Position numbers and translations under genes: made by a program. Positions 38,790-51,390 of a DNA stretch of 64,000 nucleotides are shown here, in pieces. The DNA comes from Anaeramoeba ignava BMAN (taxonomy: Eukaryota; Protista; Anaeramoebae), in the NCBI GenBank assembly GCA_028826165.1, contig JAPDFW010000124.1, forward strand, positions 62,001 to 126,000. Direction: 5' to 3'. Every line of letters starts with the position of its first letter. The stretch's first letter is position 1. The notes under the pieces are model-generated. The model was given only the letters and a program-made list of their open reading frames with translations, was not told where the DNA came from and did no database searches.

Positions 38790-40962
38790 TCAATTTTTTA
38801 AAAAAAAATCAATTATTGAATTTTGATTTAATTGATAATAATCTTTAATATCTTGAAGTTCTCCAAGAATTTCTTGGTTTAAATTTGTTTTTTCAATTTC
38901 ATCATGATAAAGAAAATGAATAAATTGTTGAATTGTTTCAATTGATTTTTTGGAATAATCATGAACTTTATTTGAAGAATCTTGAACATTTAATTGAAAC
39001 ATTCCTTTGAATAATTCACTTCTTAAAATCAATATTAATTTATGAACTTTGATTTCTTGTTCATCTTCACAAATGATTGTAAAATCTTTTGTTGATTCAT
39101 TTTGAAATAATTTAGCAAAATCTTTAATAATTCCTTTTCTTCCTTTTTTGGATTCAATCCAATTTGAATCAAGTTGCATTTCTTGGAAAAACTCTTTTAT
39201 ATGCTCTTCTTTTTCAATCCAATCCAAAGGTTCTTCTGGTTTTTGAGTTGTAAATGCTTCTGAAAAATTAACTAAATTGTCAATCATTTTCGAATTTATT
39301 TTTTTAATAAGAAAATCAAAACCAGGAAATCCAGTATAAAGGAAATCTAAAGCAATTTGAACATCTTCTTTTGATTTTTGTTTGCAAAGATTGATAAATT
39401 TATCAAGAATTGATTGATCGTTATTGAATCTTGATAAGAGAATTAATTTATGAACCAAAAATGAGAATGAATCATTTGATTTAATTTCCAAATCGGAAAA
39501 TTCATTTGAATTAAGCAAATTATATAAATCTTGATTGAGCGAATAAACTTGTAAAAACATATCAATAAATTGTTTTGGAAATTGTTTTGAGAATCGATAA
39601 TGATAATATTGTTCTTGATCTTCATGATTGATTAACGATTGAAAAATATTGGCATCATTCATAAGAAGAAATTTAGTAACTTCAAAATTTTTGAAATGAT
39701 AAGAAAGTTCAAGAGGTGATTGATTTTGAGAATTTTGAAGATTAATATCAGCACCTTTTTCAACAAGCAATTTAACAACATTAAGTGATTCTTTTCGATA
39801 ACAAGCAAAATGAAGAGCAGTTTGTTCATAAGTATCAGATTTTACATTAATATCAGCACCTTTTTCAATAAGTAGCTTCACAGTTTCAATAGAATTTGTT
39901 TTATGATAACAAACAAAATGCAAAGCGGTTTCATTTCTGTTTGATTTTAGCATTAACATCAAGTCCTTTTTCAAGAAGAAATTTAACAACTTCAAGTGAA
40001 TTTTCTTGTTGACAAGCCAAATGTAAAGGTGTTTCTTCTGTTCTTGTTTTGAGAGTTAAATCCGCTCCTTTTTCAACAAGAAATTTAACAATTTCAATTG
40101 AGTTTTTCTGTTCACAAGCAATATGTAAAGGTGTTTCATTCCAAATACTTTGTGCATTAATATCAGCTCCTTTTTCAACAAGAAATTTCACAATTTCAAA
40201 TGAATTTTGTTGACAAGCAAAATGTAAAGGTGTTTCTTCTTCTTGTGTTTTAATATTAATTTTGGCTTCTTTTTCAATTAATAATTTAACAATATTAAAT
40301 GAATTTTTTTTGCAAGCAATGTGTAAAGGAGATAAATATTTATCATTGAATACTAAACTTGTTTGTAAATTAATATCAGCTCCTTTTTCAATAAGGAACG
40401 TAATAATTTTAAATGATTTTTGTTGACAAGCAAGATGTAAAGGTGTTTCATTCCAAATATTTTTCACATTAATATCAGCTCCTTTTTCAACAAGAAATTT
40501 CACAATTTCAAATGAATTTTCTATTTGACAAGCAAAATGTAAAGGATATTTTGATTGATGAGTTGCAATATTAACATCAGCTCCATTTTCAACAAGTAAT
40601 TTAACAATTTCCATTTGATTTTCTCTTTGAATATTAATTGAATAATCTAAAGCGGTTTTTTTTTCATCATCAATTGAATTTATTTCTATTTTCGAATTTA
40701 TTAGAAATTCAATTATTTCAAGTTCGCATTTGTTTAGAATTGCTGAATGTAATGCGTTTTTTTGTTTTTTATCTGTTGAATTTGGATTTGCTCCTTTTGA
40801 AATTAATAATTGAATCATTTCAAGTGAGTTTTTATTTTCAAGTGCAAAATTTAGAATTGGTTGTGAATTTTTTTTTAATTCATTTTGTTGAATTGAGTTA
40901 ATATTTTTGATAAATTGAATATTTTTTTGTTTAATTTGATCCCATAAATTTAAGTTATTCAT
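38790..40962 (-). CDS. Ankyrin-repeat + tandem BTB protein, ~723 aa (one +1 frameshift at ~39946)
   Basis: ORFs 39931-40962 and 38790-39995 join in an ankyrin linker (NAK-SNRN-ETALH) after removing one base. Paralogue of 36780-38753. Confidence 0.92.
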
Positions 40963-41049
40963 TTAAAAGGAAAAAAAATGGAAATAAAAAAATGAAAAAA
41001 TGAAAAAAATTTTCTTTTTGATTTTTTAATTAAATTTAAAAAGAAAATG

Positions 41050-42605
41050 AACTCGAATTTTGAATTAAATTTAAAAAGAAAATGAACTTGAATTTTAAAT
41101 TAAATTGAATTAAATTAAATTGAATTGATTTGAATTTTGAATTGAATTAAATTAAATTAAATTGAATTGAATGAATTTGAATTAAAATGAACTTGAATTT
41201 TAAATTAAATTGAATTGAATTTCGAATTGAATTTTGAATTAAATTGAATTTTGATTTGAATTTTAAATTGAATTGAATTTTGATTTGAATTGAATATTGA
41301 ATTGAATATTGAATTGAATTAAATTGAATTGAATTTTGAATTGAATTGAATATTGAATTGAATTAAATTGAATTAAATATTGAATTGAATTGAATATTGA
41401 ATTGAATTAAATTAAATTGATTTGAATTGAATTTTGAATTGAATTTTGAATTGAATTTTAAATTAAATTGAATTGAATTTTGAATTTGAATTTAATTGAA
41501 TTGAATTGAATTGAATTTTGATTTGAATTTTGAATTGAATTTTGAATTGAATTTTGAATTGAATTTTGAATTTGAATTTTGAATTAAATTGAATTGAATT
41601 TTGAATTGAATTGAATTTTGATTTGAATTTTGAATTGAATTGAATTAAATTAAATTAAATTGAATTAAATTGAATTGATTTGAATTGAATTGAATTGAAT
41701 TTTGATTTGAATTTTGAATTGAATTGAATATTGAATTGAATTAAATTAAATTGAATTAAATTAAATTGAATTGAATTGAATTTAATTTTGAAATGTAATT
41801 GAATTAAATTGAATTGATTTGAATTGAATTAAATTTAAAAAAGAAAATGAACTTGAATTGATTTGAATTTTGATTTGAATTAAATTGAATTTTGAATTAA
41901 ATTGAATTGAATTGAATTGATTTAACTTGAATTTTGAATTAAATTGAATTTTAAATTGAATTTTGAATTGAATTAAATTGAATTGAATTTTGAATTTAAA
42001 TTGAATTGAATTGGAATTGAATTGGAATTGAATTGAATTGAATTGAATTGAATGGGAATTGAATTGAATTTTGGAATTGAATTGAATTAAATTGGAATTG
42101 AATTCGAATTTGAATTAAAAATGAACTTGAATTTTTAAATTAAATTGAATTAAATTGAATTGAATTGAATTTAATTTTGAAATGGAATTGAATTAAATTG
42201 AATTGATTTGAATTGAATTAAATTTAAAAAAGAAAATGAACTTGAATTGATTTGAATTTTGATTTGAATTAAATTGAATTTTGAATTAAATTGAATTGAA
42301 TTGAATTGATTTAACTTGAATTTTGAATTAAATTGAATTTTAAATTGAATTTTGAATTGAATTAAATTGAATTGAATTTTGAATTAAATTAAATTAAATT
42401 GAATTGAATTTTGATTTGAATTGAATTTAAAAAAGGAATTTAACTTGAATTGAATTGAATTGAATTTTAAATTAAATTGAATTGAATTTTGATTTGAATT
42501 TTAAATTAAATTGAATTGAATTGAATTGAATTTTGATTTGAATTTTGAAATGGAATTAAATTAAATTGAATTTAATTTTGAAATGAATTTTGAAATGGAA
42601 TTAAA
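41050..42605. repeat. Degenerate (TTGAA)n pentamer satellite, intergenic
   Basis: TTGAA/TTAAA/TTTTGAA units, with a ~220-bp block duplicated at ~41775-41995 and ~42165-42385. Confidence 0.93.
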
Positions 42606-42611
42606 AATTAA

Positions 42612-45600
42612 TCATTTTTTTTTTCGTATTTGAAAAAGTTTGTGAAAATTCTTCCATTCTTCCAAATCTGTAAAGGAAATATACATTGGGAAAAGATCCT
42701 CAATTTCAATTTTAGAAATACCAAGAATCTTAGTATGAGGTATAGCTTTAACTTCAGAATAATATCTAATATAATTTTGAGTAGAAGTTTTCATTTTTAA
42801 TTCTTTCTCATTTAAAGTAAGAGTTAAATCATCAATTTTTTCATTGTTTTCATTGATTAATTCAGAATAGAATTCAGTTTTAAAAGGAATTTGATCTTGA
42901 TTGAAATTTTCTTTTGTTTCTTTTTCTTCTTGTTTTGTTTCTTTTTCTTCTTGTTTTTGTTTTGTTTCTTCTTCTTTAATAAAATTTGATAAATCTCCAT
43001 TTTGATTAGTTTTTTTAAAAGTAAAATTCAAAAACTCTAGAAACTTTCCCATGTCTTCAGAACTTTCAAAACGGAAATAAACAACATTTCCTTGACTAAA
43101 TTCAAATTTGCAAGTATTCGTTTCTTTATTCATTGAAACAGTCAATTTTTTTCCAAATGAAAGATCAAACTGTTGTTTTTCTGTTTTTATAATTAGCATT
43201 GCTGGTGTGATTTCAAGAGTTGCAGAGGCTTCATTAGTTTTATTCGAATCCAAAGCGGTTCCTGAGAATAAACTTTCGTTTTTATCGGGTTTTGGACGAA
43301 TAAGATTTGAGATGCGAGAAATTTTTGGAATATTTTTTTTCCGCGAAATTTGAGCAAGTTGGAAAGAGTGTTCAGCTTCTGAAGGCGACTTGAAAGAGAT
43401 GAAAAACTGTCTTGAATCTGGGAGTTGAATTTGCCAAACAGAACGGTTTCTTTCATGAACAAAAATTTTGACATTTTCATGATTTTCGAAAATGTTTTCA
43501 TTTTTTAATTTGAGTTCAAGTGTGGAATCTGTTATTGAAATTGAAGCTGTTTGATTTGTGGGCTCGAGATGTTGATTCAGCATATCAATCTCAGAAACAA
43601 TAGCGTCTCCAAGCTCCATGATCTCTTCAAGTTCTGTGCTATCATATTTGAATGATATTCTATTTTCTTGAATGTATTGATCCCGAAATTGAGTGATTTT
43701 TGACTTGAAAAGTTGTGCTTGATTCGTATTTCCAAAGGAAATTATTAACGGAACTTGATTTGTGATTTGAATCTTGAAGATTTTGCTTGATTTTGGAGAA
43801 GAAAACATTTTCAAATCAAAAGGAGAATATGAAGTGTGGAATTTTGCGTTAGTTGTTGTTAATACAAGCAAATTGGGATCAGTTTCGATCAAGATGGGTC
43901 CAAGAATAGCAAGAGAAGGACTTAGTAAATTTGCCTTGAAATAATTGTAATTTGGGTCTTTTTTGTCCATAATTTCCGTTGAAAGATTGGAATAACGTCC
44001 CTTTTGTGTTATTTCTTTTAATTCCTTCATCAATACGTGATCTGACAGTTTTTTCTCAATAAGTTTTATTTCTTTGTTTTCTTGCTCCATTTTTATAATT
44101 GATATCAAAAATTCACCCTTTGCTTCTTGATCCAAAAACGGGAAAACAATCTCAGGCATTTGAGGAAAATTCAACAGGCAAATATTCGAATTTTGGGAAT
44201 CCGTTATAGAAACAGAATTGAAAGGAAAAGATGCAATTGATTCGTTAAGTGTTATAAGTGTGAGTTGATTTGATGAAAGAAATAATCGGAAATTTTTGTC
44301 TGGAATCACAGTTTGTGACACAAACATTTTAGCAGAAAAATTTCCAAACGCGTTACTGAAAAACCTAGAGCGGCTAAATTCAAATGAAAGGATAAAATGC
44401 TCGCGTCTTTTTGGAAGTGAGAAAAATAATGATATTTGTTGTCCTGATTTAAAAGGAATGTCAACAATGTTTTCACCTCGAGTTTTCAGATCATAAAGTG
44501 GATAATCAATGGTGAAGGTTTCAAAGCACGAGAAGCGAATAGAATCATGAAGAAGAAAAACTCTGCAATCTGATGTACCAAGCAAAGAGCGTATTGAGCA
44601 GTCAAAAACAAAGTTCTGAGATTCTTTCCAATCAAGATGAAAATTTCGGAGATTTTGGAATTTTTCAGAAAATTTTTCGCGTTGAATTTCTGATGGAAAT
44701 GAAAGCATCACGTAGTGAAGCTCATCGAGATGCAATCGGCATTTGCGCGTATCTTTTTTTAACATATGAAGGATTGAATAAGAAGAATACTTTCGGACAA
44801 CAAACGAATTTTGTGATTGAACAACGAAAAAAGAATCGCTTAAAATGATTGTAATTTTGCTGACACTTTCGTTCATTTTGTTTAAAGCAACCGCTTCGAA
44901 TTTGAATTGAGAGTATTGCTTTAATTTTTGCGATAGAGAATCAAGCGAGTTATTTTGCAAATCGTGTATATATAATGTTTCTGTTGTGTGTTTTAAATGG
45001 TCCAATTTTGATTCTTCTTTTGAAGAATTTGGATCGGCAAAAATAAAAAAAGTAGGAACTTCTTCAGAAATTTGATCCACGCTTTGTACGAATGACTCTT
45101 TCAAGAAATCCTCAGTGGATTGATAGCCTTTTTTGGGGAGATCTATTTCATAGTCTCCAGGCTTGAGATCTAATTGCGAAGTCACCATGTACTTAAGTTC
45201 GTTTGGTTGCAAAAATTTTATATCAGTTTCCATTTGTCCGAATTTTTTGAATGCATCAAAACATCGATAAAGAAGAACAAGTCTGTCAGATGTCTGACAT
45301 GAGAAAACAACCATTGCAGGATTGTCTTGATGTTGGACAAGAAGATGAAGACGATTTGTGTTGTGGGTATCTCTGGAAATCTTGAAAAAACCATCATTCC
45401 ATGAGTAAACTAATGGTGGTTTATCTTGAAAAATAACAGAAAAATGCTCTTTTTCTAAATGAAATAATCCTGCTTCTTGATTTTCTTGGGAATCATAAAT
45501 TCGGATCAAAAATGTGCATCTTTTTTTGAACAAATTATAAAGAACAAGCATGTTTGTTTCCTCTTCAACACCGAGCATTTCTCCGTTAATATGATACTTA

Positions 45601-48145
45601 TCTGGGGTGTTTCCGCGATAATATCTTTTTAGCTCAATCATCATGATCAAAGTGTACATGTCAATATAACTATTCATTATCATTTTGATCGAATTATCCT
45701 TAGCTGTCAGTTGAACAATTTTTTGTTCAAAATCAATTGATAATTCTAATTGTGATTCGTATTTTCTCACAACTCTTGTCCCGTCTTCCAGAACAAGTCT
45801 GAAATGCTCATCGCCAAAATGGATGATTCCTGGTTTTTGTGTGAAATCCGGATACAGAAGAATTATCGGCATCTGACCTTTTCTTGATGCAAAAAAACGG
45901 GCAACAATTGAGTTCCAATTTTCCGCTCCAATTTTTTCAAAGTATTTTTTGCATGTTTCAACTGATTCAAATACTGGTTCAGCTGGAGGGTTTTTTTCTG
46001 CCTCCTTTATGCTTCTATCTCCATAACTCCAATCACCTCCAACATTTCCTTTTTCATGCAAAAGTTCAAATAAATCTTGTTTTGGCGTTATTGATTCTTT
46101 TTTTTGCAATTGAGCTTGTTTCAATTTTTCATTCTGTTCCTTTTCTAATTGTTGCCTTATTCTTCTTAATCTTGCTTGTTTGTCAACTGTTGGCAATGGA
46201 ACTATTTTCTCATCTGAAAAATTTTGTGAGTGTGATTTTGTTGTAATTCTTTGCATTCCAGTGAATCCTTTTAAGAAAAGTATTTTTCCTGAATTGATAT
46301 GAAATAATTTGATTGTTTCGAATAAAAGTTCGAATAAAGTGTATGGAAAGGAAACTTGCCATTGATCATCTAATAGATTTGATTTTATAACGATAGCATT
46401 TTTTGATTCTTTGCTTTTCCAGAACTTTATAAATTAAAATTTTTAAATTTTAATTTTAGTTTTAATTTTAATATTAATTTTAGTTTTAATTTTAATTTTA
46501 ATATTATTAAATTACTTCAAGATCATTCAATTTACATCCAAATGATGCAACTGAAATTGTATTCAATTCAATTTTCTCTGATCTTAAATGCAAAAAACCT
46601 TCTAAAATTTCTTCATTTTCATGAAGTTTTTTATACTTAACAGGAAAATCAAGAACTTCTGATTTTTGAATAGCATTAGCAATAATTTTAGTAACAGAAT
46701 TATCACCCAATTTAAGATCCAAAATAGAAAAAAGAGATAAACCTTGAATAGGAGTTGAAATTATTGATTTTTTAAAAGCATTTTTGAATTGATTCATTAA
46801 AGAAGAGTCTCGATCTGTAAATTTACTAAACAAAGGAGTTGCATATTTGAAAGTATAATTTTCATATTCTATTATAATAATCACATGATGCGGAGAATAC
46901 TGAGATGTTTTATCAAGGTATTCTGCAATTGCTTGTTTCATTAGAAAATCAAATGCAATTGAATTTTTTAAATCACTGATGTTTTGTGAAAAATAACAAT
47001 TCAATGTTTCTTTAGTTAGATCAGAAAGTATCACTAAAAATGCGCGCGATTCATCGTATTCATCTTTGCTGATTTGTTTGTTGATCTTGATTTCTGTTTC
47101 TGATATTTGTCTTGATATTCCTCTTGCAAATGGAGATTTTGGAACAAATTCTGTGTTTTGTGATGCTTTTTTAAATCCTGAAATGAATTCCATTAATTTC
47201 TCTTCATCTTCCATTAGTTCTTTGGCTGTGAAACAAACATTTTTTTCTATTCCATTTTCAATTCCTGCTTCAGATAAAGTTTTAAAGTTTTCATATGGAA
47301 TTTTTCTTTTTATTTTAATTTTATAAATGAATTTTAATTTTATAAATGAATTTTGATTTTAATTTTAATTTTAATTTTAATTTTAATTTTAATTTTATAA
47401 ATGAATTTTAATTTTAACTTTAATTTTAATTATAATTTTAATTTTAATTTTAATTTTAATTTTAATTTTAATTTTAATTTTAATTTTAATTTTAATTTTA
47501 ATTTTAATTTTAAATTTTATAAATCAATTTTAATTTTATTTTTAATTATAATTTTAATTTTAATTTTAATTTTAATTTTAATTTTAAATTTTTTTAATTT
47601 TAATTTTAATTTTAATTTTAATTTTATAAATGAATTATAATTTTATTTTTAATTTAAATTTTAATTTTAATTTATAATTTTAATTTAATTTTAATTTTTA
47701 ATTTTTAATTTTAATTTTAATTTTATAATTTTAATTTTAATTTTAATTTTTTAATTTTAATTTTATAAATGAATTTTAATTTTAATTTTAATTTTAATTT
47801 TAATTTTAATTTTAATTTTAATTTTAATTTTAATTTTAATTTTAATTTTAATTTTAATTTTAATTTTAATTTTAATTTTAATTTTAATTTTAATTTTAAT
47901 TTTAATTTTAATTTTATAATTTAATTTTAATTTTATAATTTAATTTTAATTTTAATTTTGATTTTATAAATGAATTTTAATTTTAATTTTAATTTTAATT
48001 TTAATTTAAATTATAATTTAGGGAAAATTGTTTCCATTGCTTCTAAAAGTTGTTGTGAAAATAAACTTTGATCTTTTATTGAAATTGGTTGATTAATAAC
48101 CATACTAATCCAATCAAGTAATTCTTTTTTTTTTCTTGAATACAT
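42612..48145 (-). CDS. Large uncharacterised protein: N-terminal CH-like domain + ~10 divergent PH-like repeats, 3 exons, ~1575 aa
   Basis: Exons 48145-48021, 47305-46516, 46424-42612 sum to 1576 codons. N-terminus KELLDWISMV...IFP/KIPYENF...FTAKELME resembles calponin homology. Repeated ~85-aa beta-rich units end in [ILV]SF.S......F helices. The first donor lacks GT as assembled. Confidence 0.75.
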
Positions 48146-48249
48146 TTCGTTAATTGTTTTTGTTTTGTTTTGTTAATTATTTTTGTTTTTAAAAAAATGA
48201 AAAAAATGAAATTAAAAATTTAAAAAAATTTTTTTTGCTTTTTTCTCTT

Positions 48250-50440
48250 TTTTCAATTTTTAATAATAAATTTATTAATAGATTTAAATTTTATTCCAAT
48301 TTTATTTAATTTTATATATATTTTATTTAATTTTATTAAATTATTAATTATTCAAAAATTATTCAAAAATATTTATATTTTATTATTTAATTTTTTATTT
48401 AAATTTTTAATAATAAATTTATTAATAGATTTAAATTTTATTCCAATTTTATTTGATTTTATATATATTTTATTTAATATTATTAAATTATTTATTATTC
48501 AAAAATATTCAAAATTATTTATATTTTATTATTTAAATTTTTAATTCAATTTTTAATATTTAATAAAAAATTTTATTTCAAAAATTATATATATTTTATT
48601 TTATTTTTAAATTATTCATTATTCAAAAATATTCAAAATTATTTATATTTTATTATTTAATTTTTAATTCAATTTTTAATAATAAATTTGTTAATAAATT
48701 TAAATTTTATTTCAATTTTATTTAATTTTTATATACTTTATTAAATATTATTAAATTATTTATTATTCAAAAGTATTCAAAAATATTTATATTTTATTAT
48801 TTAATTTTTTAATTCAATTTTTAATAATAAATTTATTAATAAATTTAAATTTTATTCAATTTTTATTTATTTTATATAATTATTTTATTAAAATATTATT
48901 ATTATTTCAAAATTATTCAAAATATTTATATTTTATTATTTAAATTTTTATTTAAATTTTTAATAATAAATTTATTAATAAATTTTAAATTTTATTTTAT
49001 TTAATTTTATTATATATTTTTATTTTATTAAAAATTATTAATTATTCAAAATTATTCAAAATTATTTATATTTTTATTATTTAATTTTTTATTTCAATTT
49101 TTAATAATAAATTTATTTATAAATTTAAATTTTATTTCAATTTTATTTGATTTTATATATATTTTATTTAATATTATTAAATTATTTATTATTCAAAATT
49201 ATTCAAAAATATTTATATTTTATTATTTAATTTTTATTTAAATTTTTAATAATAAATTTATTAATAAATTTAAATTTTATTTCAATTTTATTTAATTTTA
49301 TATATACTTTATTAAATATTATTAAATTATTTATTATTCAAAAGTATTCAAAAATATTTATATTTTATTATTTAATTTTTAATTCAATTTTAATAATAAA
49401 TTTATTAATTAAATTTAAATTTTATTCCAATTTTATTTAATTTTTATATATATATTATTAAATATTATTAAATTATTAATTATTCAAAATTATTCAAAAT
49501 TATTTATATTTTATTATTTAATTTTTAATTAAATTTTTAATAATAAATTTATTAATAAATTTAAATTTTATTCCAATTTTATTTGATTTTATATATATTT
49601 TATTTAATTTTATTAAATTATTCATTATTCAAAAATATTTAAAAATATTTATATTTTATTATTTAATTTTTTATTTAAATTTTTAATAATAAATTTATTA
49701 ATAAATTTAAATTTTATTTCAATTTTATTTAATTTTATATATATTTTATTTAATATTATTAAATTATTTATTATTCAAAAATATTTAAAAATATTTATAT
49801 TTTTATTATTTAATTTTTTATTTAAATTTTTAATAATAAATTTATTAATAGATTTTCAAAAATTTTATTTAAATATATATTTATATTTTATTATTAAATT
49901 ATTAATTATTCAAAAAGTATTCAAAAATATTTATATTTTATTATTTAAATTTTTATTTAAATTTTTAATAATAAATTTATTAATAAATTTAAATTTTATT
50001 CCAATTTTATTTGATTTTATATATATTTTATTTAATTTTATTAAATTATTAATTATTCAAAATTATTCAAAATTATTTATATTTTATTATTTAATTTTTA
50101 TTTAAATTTTTAATAATAAATTTATTAATAAATTTAAATTTTATTTCAATTTTATTTGATTTTTATATAATAAATTATTAAAATTTTTATTCAAAATTAT
50201 TCAAAATTATTTATATTTTATTATTTAATTTTTATTTAAATTTTTAATAATAAATTTATTAATAAATTAAAATTTTATTCCAATTTTATTTGATTTTATA
50301 TATATTTTATTAAATATTATTAAATTATTAATTATTCAAAATTATTCAAAAATATTTATATTTTATTATTTAATTTTTTAATTCAATTTTTAATAATAAA
50401 TTTATTAATAAATTTAAATTTTATTCCAATTTTATTTAAT
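48250..50440. repeat. ~147-bp A/T minisatellite, ~15 copies
   Basis: TAATAAATTTATTAATA recurs at 48264, 48411 and onward; each unit has a TTATTCAAAA doublet. Lies between divergent promoters. Confidence 0.92.
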
Positions 50441-50539
50441 TTGGATTCTTCCAGAAAAAAAATGAAAAATCAAAGTCAATTTTTAATGTTTTTGTTTTTG
50501 TTTTTTTTTTGTTAAATTTCATTTTTTCTTTTTTTTTAA

Positions 50540-51380
50540 ATGGTAAATTTAATTTGAATTTTTAATTTGAATTTTTAATTTGAATTTAATTTTCTAAAAT
50601 AGATTAATTTTACTCCAAAAAATTTAGATTTGAATTGGGAAAATATTTTAAACTTTCCAATTCAAGAATTCCAAAAAAATGTAAAAAGAAAAATGTCAAA
50701 AAAAATGTCAAAATTTTAAATTAAAATTTTAAATTAAAAATTGTTAAAAAAGAAAGTTGATAAATCTCTTTTATTAGGTTTAGAAGATCTTTATGTTCCT
50801 TTAATTAGATCTAAAATAAAAGAAACTGATTCAAATTGTTCTGTTAAAAATTTAATTAAACTTTTTCAAATAATTCAATATGTAATTGAATTTAAAGAGA
50901 ATTTAATTAATAAACAAAATTCAACTGAAAGTAAAAAGAAAAAAAAATAAAGAAAAAAAAATCCCGAATTCCAAATTTTTTTATTAAAATTTTTTTTTAT
51001 AATTAGATTTGGAAGAAATTAAAAATAAAATGAAAAATTTACAAGCAATTAATTCTAAATTAATTCAAGAAACTGAAGAAAATTTTATTCTTAGAAAAAA
51101 TCTTTATTCACTTGAGCAAATTAATTCAAAATTAGAAAGAAAACTTAATGTTGATTTCCAAAATAAAATTTCAAAATTAGAACAAAAAAATCAATTTGAA
51201 AAATTTCATTCTAAAGATGATTTAAATGAAGAAATTTTCCAAAAAACTTTAAAAAATTTAGAATTAAAATTTGATTTGGAACAATTAAATTTAATGATTC
51301 AAAGAAAAGACCAAAGAATAAAAGAACTTGAATGGGAAATTTTGTTTGTAAGAAACATTTTAACAAAAAATATAAATTGA
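50540..51380 (+). CDS. Small coiled-coil protein with a Dzip1/Iguana-N- or CEP290-N-like N-terminus, 4 exons, ~210 aa
   Basis: Exons 50540-50542 (ATG only), 50603-50680, 50753-50930, 51007-51380 join in frame via GT-AG. Motifs FTPKNLDLNWENIL and NLIKLFQIIQYVIEFK precede a coiled coil. The family assignment is tentative. Confidence 0.65.
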
Positions 51381-51390
51381 ATTTTGTTTT

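Noticed and set aside
1334-47640. ORFs made of LKLK, NFNF, ILIL or FDLN repeats (e.g. 3427-3642, 25412-25594, 28660-28911, 36024-36684, 47401-47640)
   Set aside because: They are stop-free frames of intronic or intergenic satellites; the flanking exons splice around them in frame.
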